64,000 nucleotides of DNA, from contig NC_085844.1 of NCBI RefSeq assembly GCF_035594765.1, forward strand, positions 204,864,107 to 204,928,106, in the 5' to 3' direction. The stretch comes from Anolis carolinensis. Its lineage: Eukaryota. Shown here in pieces: positions 40,735 to 53,675 of the stretch. The notes beneath the pieces are model-generated. The model did no database searches. It was not told the DNA's origin and saw only the letters and a program-made list of their open reading frames with translations. The translations under genes were made by a program, and so were the position numbers. Position 1 is the stretch's first letter, and every line of letters starts with the position of its first letter.

Positions 40735-40869
40735 CAGTGGTTCTCAATCTGTGGGTCCCCAGGTGTTTTGGCCTACAACTCCCAGACATCACGGCCAGTT
40801 TACCAGCTGTTAGGATTTCTAGGAATTGGAGGCCAAAACATCTGGGGACCCACAGGCTGAATACAACTA
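40735..40869. mobile_element. Short hAT MITE with an 8-bp TSD CTCTAAGG
   Basis: TIR CAGTGGTTCTCAA with a palindromic body. TSD at 40727-40734 and 40870-40877. Confidence 0.85.
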
Positions 40870-41084
40870 CTCTAAGGAAACTGTGTCTGAAGTCAATTTG
40901 AAAGGATGTTCAATTATTTATTTGGTGGTAATAAATGAGGCCATTGAATTCACAGGTTTTGATTTCAAATTAACATGTTTTGAACTGGGCTTTAATTGAT
41001 GTTCCTACTATATTACCTGGTCAGTAGACAAAGAAATAACTAATGTCACGGTAGATTTCTTCCATGGAAATCTTTAGTTCTTAC

Positions 41085-41366
41085 CTCAGTAATCAAAGAC
41101 GTTTTTGTGTCAGAAAGTGGAGGCACTTCTGTCATTCCAAGCTCTTCAATTCTTACATTCCTCCTTCTGAGAAATTCTTTTTGTCGTGGGTTTTGGAGTT
41201 GCATATTGGTCCCTTTCCTTTGGTGTTTATCCTTAAGATGGGATGAGGTCCAGCTTTTCCTTTTAAGCTGGACTTCATGCCTCTCCTGCAGGCGCTCATA
41301 TTTTTCTTCATAACTCTCAGGATGAGGGCGGCGATGGATATGCGACTGACAAAATCTAGAAAGCAT
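41085..41366 (-). CDS. TRAF3IP3: TRAF3IP3-like first coding exon (exon 41425-41085, ATG at 41366): MLSRFCQSHIHRRPHPESYEEKYERLQERHE...QKEFLRRRNVRIEE...SLITE
   Basis: Acceptor ttgatttccacag, donor GAG|gtaag. Resembles the recalled T3JAM N-terminus (ESYEAKCERRQE; QQFFRRRNLELEE). TRAF3IP3 is the known neighbour of HSD11B1. Confidence 0.85.
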
Positions 41367-42222
41367 GTTCACTGCATAAGTCCCAACGGTGCACAACTTA
41401 GTATATATATCAGAGAGATTTTTTTCTGTGGAAATCAAAAGAAAACAAGTCAGCACTATATAGGGTGTACAATTTTGTGCATCACTGTATATTTCTTTAT
41501 CGCTGTGTGTCACTACACAATATTATAAAATCAAACATTCTGTTGTGGACAAATATTCTGAGTTCCTACCATAGGAAAACCGTCCTCATTTCAAGTTATA
41601 CTTTCAGTTTTCAAGCCCAACACACTTATTCTAGGAGCTACAAATTTAGTACTGTTATGTTATTTAGCCTTCAATAACATTTCCCAAGAAAATATAGAAA
41701 ATAACTAGTGTAATGTTAGTTTGGAAAAGAATTATTCATCCAATCAAATGTTTGGAATATTGTTTTTAAAAAAGCCTTGCTTATGATGGAAAATACATGT
41801 AATACCCTAAGCATTAAAATTAGTTGCTGTCTTGAATCCCACTCTTGAGAAAAAAGTGAGAATTAAAGTGAGCCAATCAGTCGAATAAATGAAATTAATA
41901 CTGCTGAACTACAAAGGTATCCAATGTGGTGCCCATTTTAGCTTCATTTTTAGACTAGAACCATTACTGTAACATCCCCAGAACCACTGCTAATTGTGGC
42001 TATGGCTATTTTAGAAAGTGGGGTATCTTCCCTCAACTCCTGTTTTACATTTGCATCTTCTGCTTATGTGCATTATTTGGGAATCATCAAATGAGCAGTT
42101 AAAGAAAATTCTTTACTATTCTTTACTATTCCTGGAAACAAAAAAATCACATATTTCTGAAGGCAAAGTTCATTGTAACAATGGACAGTTGTAGCACTTC
42201 ATTTTAATTAATGTCTGCTTAC

Positions 42223-42355
42223 CTCCTCCAGTGGCTTTCTTTTTCACATTCTACACTCTGTCCAAATTCTACTGTATTCCAGATGCTGTGTTATATCCCT
42301 TAATGATAAAACTTTAAATGCATTTACATTCACTTTGAAGGTGTAAAAGCTGAAC
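42223..42355 (-). other. Putative 5'-UTR exon of the TRAF3IP3-like gene
   Basis: gtagtttttcag| acceptor and GAG|gtaagc donor, 0.8 kb upstream of the ATG exon. Also present in the inverted copy near 52002-52140. Confidence 0.5.
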
Positions 42356-42908
42356 CTGAAAAACTACTGCTCAAAGCCAGAGATTAATTTTGCTTCTACT
42401 TACTTGTTCTTCTGTGTTTATCTGACTATAATCCAAAAAACCTAAGTGGGTAGTACTATAATTCTGTCAGAAGAATGGGGGCCTTTGTCAAAGCATTACC
42501 TCGCTACTCTGTGGTATATGAAGTATGATTTATTAATTTTTACTTTTCCTAATTAAAACTTTGATGAGTCATGTGTTGCAATTTTGCTTGCCACAGGGAG
42601 TCCAAAGGGTTTAGGTTCTTTTCTTTTCTACTAGACATTGTAAGGAGAGAAAAGTGAACATACTTTCAAGAACCTTCACCCACATATTATTCTTGCTTCT
42701 CCATGGCTACTGACTGTGAGACACTCTGTGCCTTGAGCCAGTGGGTTAATCCCTGTAAGAAGGTTCATGTGAGCAAGCCAGGCACTCTGGAAAGAAGGTT
42801 GAAATGAAACTGGCAAATTTTGGAGTTAGATGGTTTGCTGGGTGGACACAGCACTAGTTTTGAATGATCTGAAAAGGTTTCTGGCATGCTTCTATGATTA
42901 ATTAAAGG

Positions 42909-43901
42909 TACACTAGAGTCTCACTTATCCAACATAAATGGGCCGGCAGAATGTTGGATAAGCGAATATGTTGGATAATAATGAGGGATTAAGAAAAAGT
43001 CTATTAAACATCGAATTAGGTTATGATTTTACAAATTAAGCACCAAAACATCATGTTATACAACAAATTTGACAGAAAAAGTAGTTCAATACGCAGTAAT
43101 GCTATGTAGTAATTACTGTCTTTATTTTGGGGCTAGCGTGGTCTTTGAACTGAAGGCACCCAGTAGATAGACAATCGATATTCATTGAAAAGACTGCTGC
43201 AAACCCACTTACAGAAGTGTTAGAATGCTATGCATAGTATATAGGGGTTCTTACCTTAGGCATTGATATTTTCAGGGCAGCAAGGTGGGGATTCTTGTGC
43301 TTCTGTTTTCTTTCACTGGACTTCTCTGTACATCGTTAATTTTCATATTCAATTAAGGCACCCGTACACACATTCAGAATATAGTTTCGAGCAAGGTGGG
43401 AACAAGACTTATTGAAATAGCTATGAAAAGCTTTTAAAACATTGTGCTCCCATTTATGTTTAAGTAACATTTCTTCTGTTATCTACAGCAACATGATCTC
43501 TTATTCCAGCAATGCTTTGTTGTTGAGTTTCCTGACCTTTATTTTAGATCATTACTATAACTCTATAGTGCTCTTTTCTTATTGAAAGACATATTCCACT
43601 TTCAGTTGGTATGTGTGTTGTTATTGCGTGCAGTTCCTCCATATGTGCTTGTTGCAGTGCTACAGCGAATTTGATTTATAAGGTGAAAATTATAGTCAGT
43701 CTTTGGGTAATGATGTGCCTTTTGTTAGGGGAGATGGTATGGAATCCACTATTGTTATAGAAAGGATCACTGTTGAATTTACTGTATTTACGAATTTAGC
43801 ACCAAAATATCATGATGTATTGAAAACATTGACTACAAAAATGCATTGGATAATCCAGAACGTTGGATAAGTGAGTGTTGGATAAGTGAGACTCTACTGT
43901 A
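42909..43901. mobile_element. Mariner-type MITE containing a ~660 bp unrelated insert (43120-43778)
   Basis: Both TIRs present. The family consensus is interrupted at TTACTGT, which occurs on both sides of the insert. Confidence 0.85.
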
Positions 43902-44037
43902 TATGTTTCTGTAATTTAAAACCCTTTTTTGGTTTGGGATGAAGGCATGGTTCGCCAGCTACATTCATGCTGTGGATATGAAAACATGGACAGTCACACC
44001 CCATTAAATGAAATGGAGGCGCTTTTACTAGCATTTT

Positions 44038-44356
44038 GGTGGCACAGTGCATTAAAGCGCTGAGCTGCTGAACTTGCGGACCAAAAGGTTCCAGGTTCAA
44101 ATCCCGTGAGCACAATGAGCGCCCGCTGTTAGCCCCAGCTCCTGCCAACCCAGCAGTTCGAAAACATGCAAATGTGAGTAGATCAATAGGTACCGCTCCA
44201 GCAGGAAGGTAACAGCGCTCCATGTAGTCATGCCGGCCACATGACCTTGGAGGTGTCTATGGACAATGACAGTTCTTCGGCTTAGAAATAGAGATGAGCA
44301 CCAGCCCCCAGAGTCGGTCACGACTGGACTTAATGTCAGGGGAAACCTTTACCTTT
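44038..44356 (+). mobile_element. Sauria SINE
   Basis: Reverse-complement homologue of 13389-13710 with an ACCTTTACCTTT tail. Imperfect TSD TACTA(G/A)CATTT. Confidence 0.88.
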
Positions 44357-46185
44357 ACTAACATTTACTAATATGGAGTGTGGCGATCCAGTTGTTGGAT
44401 ATTGAGGATCTGGATCTCATGGATCTGAAAGCGTCCACTGTAACATAAGGATTGTCTGCTCCTGGTATTAAACCCACCTCAAATGTTCACCTATTTAGAA
44501 TCTACTTAGAATATGACCGTCACCAAATGTAAGGTGAGTGACAGGACATTCTTAAGCCTTTATCCTCTACACGCATCCATTTCTGTGAATTCCAACAAAT
44601 ATTTAAAAACTAGATTTGCTGGGTTGTTTCTATGGGAATATGATTAATGTTCGAGCTTATACAATAGCATGCTAGAAGACAGTAATGAAGAGTGAAATCA
44701 GTCAAACTCATGTGAGGTTACAAAATAGATATGGTAACAGTGTGGAGGGCCACATCAGTCTTATGGTTACAACCTTCAAAGTGCTGTTTGAAATTGGAAA
44801 ACTGTACAGATGTAACTCCTTTGCCCTAGCACTGAAAGCCTCACAGACCACATAAAATGATGTGATGGGCTGGATCCAGCTTGTGGGCTTTGCGTTTGAC
44901 ACATGGGATCTAATGGGAGTTAGGCATATGGTACTCAAGATGTTTTTCTTTTTCTCTCTTTTTTTAACAATTAGAATGTTCTGACACAGCTGGATCCTAG
45001 CACTATACAATCACTGCTCAGCTGCAATTGATTTTTCATAGTATTGCAACTATTGTGATATATAGCTAGGTATATGAGAATGTTGCTATATCTAGGCTAT
45101 ATACCGGTACTACTATATTCTGGAGCAATAGTTGGGCCATGATGGTATAGCTAACATGAGTGGGGACATATCAGTCTCAGCACACATTCACAATAATCTT
45201 CATAGTGGGTTCCACTTTTAAGGGCACCAATAAACCTAGTATCTTAATGCCATGATGCTATAATATCAGTTCCAACCCACCATTTTAAATGCTGTCAAAC
45301 TCGAGGAGAATTCGAAGTTTGACAACAATGACAACAATATTAATTCAGCAATAAATCAATAACCCAAGCTGATATTTGTAGGTCCCCAAGTATGCCTTTT
45401 GCATTACAGCAAGCCCTCCAATAGTTCATTGGGGAAAAAAACTGGCCAAGAACCACCAGAAGGTAGTTAAAAGAGTCAAAGCTATTAAGCAGGAAAAACA
45501 GACAAGCTAGAAGGGGAGGCTACAGGCAAAATTAAAAACTGGCTACACCACCTTTTTCCCTGAAACAAATTAACTGAGTGCAAACTACCTTTGCTTCAGT
45601 TTGCATCAACTGAGGTAAAGTGAGGATGAAGAAGGAAAGTGGAAGGTGAGTGAAACTGGGACCTTTAAAAAGCACCTGAAAAAGATAACAGCTATTACAT
45701 GGCCCCTCTGTATCCACAGACTGAACAATCTATATTTGAAAATATTCCAGTAAGAACAATTCCAAGGTGCAAACCCTGATCTGCCATTTTAAATAAAGGA
45801 CATCATTATACTAAGCCACTGTATATGGCTTGAGCATCCATAGATTTTGGTATCCATGGTGGGACCTGTAACCAAACCCCAGTAATACCATGGGCCCACT
45901 GTGGTCAAGGTAGTCCCTACTAAATGAAGCTAGTTGGAGGATATGCTACAGAGCAGTGCTGTTAGTGTCTGAAAATTATAGTCCTAAAGTTACTTTTACA
46001 AACTTTGTATGCTTTTACAAACCTTGTGTAGACATTTGTAACAGATGTCTCATTGGTTCTTTTTATACATGAAAACAAATATCAGATACATATCCTAAAG
46101 CAACAGGTGATTTGTCATGAAGTTAATGAAAAGGGCAGCAAAACCTTTCACTGAATTAGTGGAATGTCCTCCATGAACTCACTCA

Positions 46186-46196
<11 letters not shown>

Positions 46197-46243
<47 letters not shown>
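46197..46243. repeat. (TA)n microsatellite
   Basis: Read directly. Confidence 0.95.
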
Positions 46244-46244
<1 letters not shown>

Positions 46245-48906
46245 CACACACCTCTCTCTCGTCTAAGTGCTTGGACTGGCAAGAAACAATTGATGGTACT
46301 TATGAAATGCAATAATTCAAAGTAAAGCAAATACCCATGTTTTCTGTTGAACACCCCCACATGTTCATCATTTGCCACAAAAGAAAATACAAACGCTATT
46401 GCTGACATCTTGGCATTAATGTGAATTTTCCTCCAAGAATTACTTAATTGTGTAAAACCTTATATCCCTTATATTTACACAACACTCAACACCATATTGC
46501 AACAGAACTGCAAGATATAATGAAAGCAAATCAATAACATAAATATGACATTGCATTAAATGTCCAAACAGTATGGTCTTTGATGTACAGTGCAGTCAAT
46601 GAGATGTAAGTCTATTGGAATCAGAAGTTTTAGTTGCTGCGAAGAGGTACTAATTCAGATGACTGAAAAGGTCATCACTACTAAATTCCTTCTGCCAGAC
46701 CTTCCTAATGCTTCTGCTAGCTTCCTTGCATGGTGCCTATTTTTGAAAATTTTTAAAAAAAAAAAACCATTCATGGGGACATCATATTCTTTGCCCTTAT
46801 TACTGAAACTCATGTACTCAAGTGTTTCTCACAGAGGTCCACAGAGTAATTTATAATGGGTTTTTAACTAGACATAAACAGCTTTGCAACCAATCTGGAT
46901 TTCCATTTTAATGTATTTACTATAAAAACCCATTTTTAAAAGCTAACTACATTTTGTCTAGTTTTAATATATGCAGTGGACAAATATATTGAGATTCTAC
47001 AGAACTTCCCTCTCCCAACTATGGACTGAGTCCTATTTCTGCATTTTAATTTAGTGACCCTGCAATGCTGCCCTTAGACTCTTAAGCGAAATAAATTGCA
47101 GTTTAGACTGCTTTCTAAACTCATTCCAACAAGCTCAGAATAATTGCTTCCTTTCTTTACTCTAGATTAAAACTCACAGCTCAGGATGCTGAAGTTCTAC
47201 CAAATGAAACCACCATCCTCTGACTTTTCAAGGCCAAGAGAGAACCCTTTATAGCAAAAAAGGCAATGGCTGACTCTGTGGTGTTGAGATGGACTGTACC
47301 ATTTCAGATTAGAGGTGAATGTCCTCTTATGCTTTTAGGAATAACAACCCTCTGATTTCCTGTAAATCAGAAGTGGAACTACAAGCAATGGACTGGGTCC
47401 TTCTCTCTGATGAAGTAGTTTGTTCATAGAGTTGCAGAAAAAGGATTAATGGAGTAGGCTCATTAAAAATGCAACCCCATGGCACAGCCTGAAATGGTAC
47501 ATCCCACTCTACCACTTTAGGATGATTCCACTTTATTCTAAAACAGGTTGTGTGGAAAGATTGGTTCTCCAAAACTGTTGAATTGAACTGCAATTCCAAA
47601 TATTTCTCATTGTTGGCTATGGTGAGAAGAGATCAGCACATTGCTTACTTCTGTTCTACTGCATTCATAGCTCAGACCAGGCATGGGCAAACTTCGTCCC
47701 TCCAGGTGTTTTGGACTTCAACTCCCACAATTCCTAATGGCCAGGCTCTTAGGAAATGGCCCAGACCAAAGTGAAATGTTACCCAGTAAGAGGTAATTTC
47801 AACTTGCAGTAAGAGGTGGAAATTTCCTGCAATTCCTGTATAAAAGTAGGAGTAGAAAACCATTTAGATTTCCTCTACCAGTGTCCCATCTTGAATTACC
47901 AACCTCTAAGATGTTTTGTAATATATATCTGGAGTTGTATTGTAATTGAATATTTGTTTTTATTGTATGCAGACCATCCCACTATACAACATATATGAAT
48001 AAGCAACTTCCTACCTGGTACCTTTTTGTTTTTTGCTTTTGTGTTTTAAGGGAAGCCCTGTGTGCAATTGCTTCCTCCCATGCATTTTAATATATGTGCC
48101 AGATGGAGCTAAACCACCTTGGAACCCATCTTTTTCCTCCTCCAGTTATGGCAAGTAACCCCATTACTGTGTGTTATGAAAAACTGTCAGTATTGATTAA
48201 CTGAACAAATCACGTGTATTTGGATGTTACAAAACAAACAATTACAATTACTACCCTGACTATGTAGATGTATATCTCAGTCATATTACCCACTCCACAG
48301 TTTTGTTTCAGTTCTTGTTTAGAGGCTATTGGTTTTTTCCTTAATGTTGAAAAAACTATATTTTTATAATATAAAAACAACCAATGTTTAATACTCAGTA
48401 GTGATTATGCAGAGGTGGTTGTAATCTCTTCTCTCACTACCCTTGGCATCCGAATTACTTGCTTACTAATAACATAAAATAAACCCATAAGCACTTTTTT
48501 CACAGACAACTATCTGCTAAGCCCCAGCTCTATACCTTTCAGAGTTTCTGTATTAAGCAGCTACTTGAAATATCTGAAACTCATTTCGAGCAAGAAAAAT
48601 GAGAAATATTTGCTCAATTTATTGAGCACATTTGGGCAAAATGATGGGGCCTTATTATTATATTATGGGGCTTCCTTCTCTCTTGGGCCAATATATTTGT
48701 CTCGGATAAATGCAAATGCCATTAATCTTTCGGCACTGTTGTGCTGCCCAATTTAAGCAGTAGGAATATTGCGCGTTCATCTTCCAGCATCACGTCAACA
48801 GTGCTGGGAAGTGGCTTGGAGAAAAGGTTACTTTTTAAGGCTGTATTTGCTTTCTATAGACGGAGAATTAAAATGGAAGCTTGCTACTAACAATTGGAGT
48901 TCTTAC

Positions 48907-49420
48907 CTTGCCTTGCCGTTTCCGTGGCAGGTCTGGATGAGCTCTGAGAAGCTCAGCTCTGCTGTTGCTGAAGCACAAATTAAAAGATGCCTGTTTAGTT
49001 ATCAAGTACTAACATGCTATAACTGTCATCTTCATTCGGACGGATTCACTTTGCTGCTCTGGGTTATTCCCCCCCCCCCCCCCGCCCTCACTAAAGAACA
49101 GGAAATGCTCTGAGCTGCAACACTTCAGCCTGGTTAGTTCCTCTCTTCCCCCTTTCATTCTGTCATATTCTGATATGACAAGGGAGTGACAGGAAACCCA
49201 GAACTTTGTAAGCAGGTTCATGTTGTGGTCAGTCAAACCCGCTGTTGTTGGGTGGTCGACATGTCCATTGATATCACGGAGACTCCAGAAATATCTCTTT
49301 GCACACTTCACGTTATCAGCACTGGCACCTTGAACCTCACTGTCACGCTGTGAAAATGTGGTTGGCACTCTGGGACCAAATTTAAGTGTGATACTCATGG
49401 GAAGAAGAACTTTCTGCCTG
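48907..49420 (-). promoter_or_regulatory. Candidate promoter/first non-coding exon of the TRAF3IP3-like gene
   Basis: Strong donor AAG|gtaaga at 48907/48906, locally raised CpG, ETS-like (ACAGGAAAT/ACAGGAAAC) and RUNX-like (TGTGGT) motifs. Function is inferred only. Confidence 0.35.
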
Positions 49421-49711
49421 AGTAGAAAATAACTTGTATTCGTTTTTTAATATTGTAGCATGCATGCATGTGAATAGCCGTAACTTTGCCAACTTTGAAG
49501 TTCGGTGTCTTTAATGTGAGTGACATCTAAGGTGCACCTACACTATCAAATTAATGCAGTTTGACTTCATTTTGACTTCCGGGGCTCAGTGCTATGGAAT
49601 CTTGGGATCTGTAGTTTGGCATGGAAAGCTAAAGCTACAACTCTCACAAATCCACAACACCGGGCCATAGCAATTAAAAATGTGTCAAACTGCATTAATT
49701 TGACAGTGTAG

Positions 49712-49937
49712 AAAGGAAATTCCACCTGAACATTTGGAAGAACCTCCTGACCATGAGTGCTGTTCAACAGTGGAACTCTCTGCCTTGTAGTGTGGTGGAA
49801 GCTCCTTCCTTGGAGGCTTTTTAACAGAGGCTAGATTGCCATCTGTCGGGGATACTTTGATTGTGCTTTCCCTGGATGGCAGGGGGCTGGACTATATGGC
49901 TCATATGGTCTCTTCCAACGCTATGATTCTTTGATTC
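49712..49937 (+). mobile_element. CR1 LINE 3' end fragment
   Basis: GGAGGCTTTTTAACAGAGGCTAGA...GGTCTCTTCCAAC.CTATGATTCT tail. Confidence 0.85.
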
Positions 49938-50283
49938 AGGTACATTTTTTAAAGTATAACCAGCCAAACATATATATGAGTTTCACTTTGGATAACATAG
50001 GGAAGGGTTAGCACCCCTGTGGTGTTTGCGGTCTGTATCCCTGTTCAAAAGATTTCACCTTACTTTCTGTCCCTGTGATAATTGGAGTTTGAAAAAATCA
50101 ACTTGTTGTGGAAACAAGGATCGGTGACAAAGCTCCAGTTGAGATACCTTTGCACCATGATAACTCTTGGGAGTGAATTTCTCTTCCTAGGGGTAGATTT
50201 CTCTCACTTCCTGTTGTCTCACCCCTGTTCTTAACTATGAGTCATTGGTAAGTGGGATGTTTGTAACTAGGGAACTGCCTATA
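49936..50283. mobile_element. Tc1/mariner-Tigger-type MITE, left end missing
   Basis: Same internal sequence and right TIR (GTAACTAGGGAACTGCCTATA). Confidence 0.78.
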
Positions 50284-52140
50284 CTGCATATTTAAACTTC
50301 TTGTTTATCGTTGTGCAGTTTAGTCACTAGGTGGCACTGGATTTAGTTATTTCTCAGCCGAGTCTGATGTTTCTTGTTGCTGTTTACTTGTTTAAGAGAA
50401 AATAAAATGCCTTGCCCAACTTACTGACTGACGTGTCCTTTAATACTGCATCTACACTGTAGAATATAATTTAACACCACTTTAACTGCCATGGCTAGGT
50501 GGCAGCATCAAAATGCGAGTTTAAAAGTGTGGCAAACGATACCAGAACCTGTCTGCAAGTCCACACACAGACCTGACAGTCCCGGAAAATGGTCCCCCAC
50601 TGTCCTCACTCCTTCCTTTGAAGTGAATCAAGATGGAGAGGGGGATGGAGGACATCTGGCAGAAGTTTTTTTTAAAAAAATCTCCAAGAGGTGCTGGACC
50701 TCATATGGGTACATGAGAAGATCCCAATGTACACACAAGCGGATTTCTTATCTCTCTCTTCACCCAACTGTTAATTCAAGCTCTGATTAATATGTGTATT
50801 ATAAGGAACAAAGGAATGGCTGCAAAGAGTTCTAATTGCTTTGCAATTGTGCTTCCCTTTAGTCACCTGTGTGTCCATGGCTCCATTTTTCACAGCCCAA
50901 TCAGCTGTTTTGAATTTAAACCAGATGGACAGTGTACAGTTACTTTCTGGGAATCAATAGTATTTTGGAGAGTCTCTGAACTCTTTCTCTAGAGCCTCCA
51001 TTTTTACAATTCAAATCCTTGATTTAAGGGTTAACCTGGGGGTCTGGGACGCAGGCCAGCCAGGGCTTGCTATTCTTGAAGAGTGAATCCACAATTGGCT
51101 GCAGCAGAAGAAAACCAGTCCTCCAACTTTCCTGAAGCCAAGGAAGTGGACAGAAAAACAAAACAACTCAAATAATGTTTGGTATTGCCCTAAGGATATC
51201 TGATGGTATTGTACTTTTTTTCTACTTTCCGTTTCACCAACCCCTTGTTCTCTCAGCCTTGGGATAAGGAATAAAATATTTAGCTTCGTCTGACCCAAAT
51301 CTCAACACTTTATGTTTCTGCATGTGAAGAGCCCAAGACATCTTTACAGCATTTCTGGTAGGAGTTGCAGCTCCCCTGAGCCATATGACCAGTAGCAACA
51401 CTATTGGGTGAGTTTGCCAGGTAGACTTCTCTTTTTCCAATTATGTTGATTGGAGAAAGATAAAAACCTCCCTTGGACCTTGGAGATAATGAGCTATGAG
51501 ATGAGCTAATGTAGAAAGTATCAATTGTAATTGAAACTGAGCACACAGAAGGTGTAAGATAATAAGGTGTGAGATATGAGGTAAAATCACCTTAGCACTT
51601 TTTGACCAATTATGCTAAACACTGACTTCAGAGGATGTCTTTGCACTGCTTTACCTATAAAGTATATGTACTTGGCTGTGCCATCTTTTTGGCACCCATA
51701 GTTATGTGTTTTCTGTTTTTATAATTTTTTACTTGTTTTCCAAAATAAAATTCTTCTCTCTTGAAATTAATAATGCCTGGTTGTTGACTGCTGTGTTTTA
51801 AAACCCCACCTTTAAGAGATCAGGATGGCAATATATCATATACCACAAAGTAGGGATGTAATGTTTTGTCAAAGGCACCCATTCTTCTGACAGAATTATA
51901 GTACTACCCACTTAGGCTTTTTGGATTATAGTCAGATAAAAACAGAAAAACAAATAAGTAAAAGCAAAATTAATCTCTTGCCCTGAGCAGTAGTTTATCA
52001 GGTTCAGTTTTTACACCTACCGGTACTTCAAAGTGAATGTAAATGCATTCAAAGGTTTATCATTAAGGGATATAATACAGCATCCAGAATAGAGTAGCAG
52101 TTGGACAAAGAGGGGAACATGGAAGAGAAAGTCACTGGAG

Positions 52141-52143
52141 TAC

Positions 52144-52193
<50 letters not shown>

Positions 52194-52440
52194 TTTAAAA
52201 ACTTTATTTTTATTCCACCCTACCTCCCCAAAGGGACTCAGGGTAGCTTCCAATTATAAAAGGCATACATTCAATGCCTGAACATAACAAGCAATAAACA
52301 CATAATTACAAAAGTTGACAACTCAACATATATAAGCAAAGTGTCCGTTTCCCAAAGCCAGCAAGTTTCCTTTGGGGCAAAGACTGGTCAGTGCTCAAGC
52401 TGTCTACTGAGCTAGTGGGCAAATGGCATGAATATGATGA
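52141..52440 (-). mobile_element. LINE 3'-tail insertion with a (TAA)n microsatellite
   Basis: Absent from the paralogue near 42220. Shares CCCCAAAGGGACTCAGGGTAGCTT with LINE tails at 57550 and 62540. Confidence 0.7.
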
Positions 52441-52874
52441 TAAGCACAGATCAGTTAAAATAGTGGCACAACTATCCATTGTTAAAATGAACTTTGCCTT
52501 CAGGAATGTGTGAATCGGTTGCTTCCAGGAATAGCAAAGATTTTTTAAACTGTTCTTTTCATAATTCCCAAATAATGCACATAAGTAGAAAATGCAAATG
52601 TAAAACAGGAGTTGGGGGAAGATAGCCCGCTGTCTAAAATACCCAAAATTATCAGTGGTCCTGAGGATGGTACAGCAATTGTTCTACTCTAAAAATGAAG
52701 CTAAAATAGACACTACATTATAATACCTTTGTAGTTCAGCAGTATATTAATTTTATTTATTCAACAGATTGATTGGCTCAGTTTACTTTTTCTCAAGAGT
52801 GGGACTCAAGACAGCAGCTAATTTTATTGCACAGGTCGTTAAAAATAATTACAAGAGTTACATGTAATTTCACT

Positions 52875-53219
52875 TACAGTAGAGTCTCACTTATCCAACA
52901 TAAACGGGCCGCAGAACGTTGGATAAGTGAATATGTTGGATAATAAAGAGGAATTAAGGAAAAGCCTATTAAACATCAAATTACATTATGATTTTACAAA
53001 TTAAGCACCAAAACTTGTTTTACAACAAATTTGACAGAAAAACCAGTTCAATACGTGGTAACGCTATGTAGTAATTACTGTATTTACGAATGTAGCACCA
53101 AAACATCGCAATGTATTGAAAACATTGACTACAAAAACATTGACTACTAAAAGGCAGACTGTGTTGGATAATCCAGAACGTTGGATAAGCGAATGTTGGA
53201 TAAGTGAGACTCTACTGTA
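52875..53219. mobile_element. Mariner-type MITE, complete
   Basis: Perfect TIRs and TA TSD. Absent from the paralogous minus-strand segment. Confidence 0.9.
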
Positions 53220-53221
53220 TT

Positions 53222-53517
53222 CAGAGCCGGCCCTAGGTATTTTTCAAGTGTAGGCAAACAGAATTTTGCACACACCCCCCCCCCCAAAAAAAACTATCAC
53301 TGAAAAATAAAAGCATTGGATAAGTGAAAATGTTGGATAATAAGGAGAGATTAAGGAAAAGCCCATTAAACATCAAATTACATTAAGATTTTACAAATTA
53401 AGCACCAAAACATCATGTTTTACAATAAATCAACAGAAAAAGCAGTCTCGACTGTGCCCCCGTATGTTTGGCGCCCGAAGCGACCACTTAATTCGCCTCA
53501 TTGTTGGATCGGCTCTG
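53222..53517. mobile_element. Non-autonomous hAT element with an 8-bp TSD, carrying a mariner-MITE fragment
   Basis: TSD ACTGTATT at 53214-53221 and 53518-53525. TIR CAGAGCCG...CGGCTCTG. Confidence 0.88.
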
Positions 53518-53675
53518 ACTGTATTTTCCATCATTAACAAGGCACTGAAAAAATAATTGAAACATTTAATTGGAGGAATGATTCTTCTCTAAGCTAACAT
53601 TACACCAGGAATTTTCTATATTTTCTTGGGAAATATTACTGAAGGCCAAATATCAGAATAATACTAAAGTTGTAG

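Noticed and set aside
49009-49398. 129-aa minus-strand ORF (MSITLKFGPR...)
   Set aside because: No recognisable homology, it runs through a G homopolymer, and it is better explained as promoter/UTR sequence.
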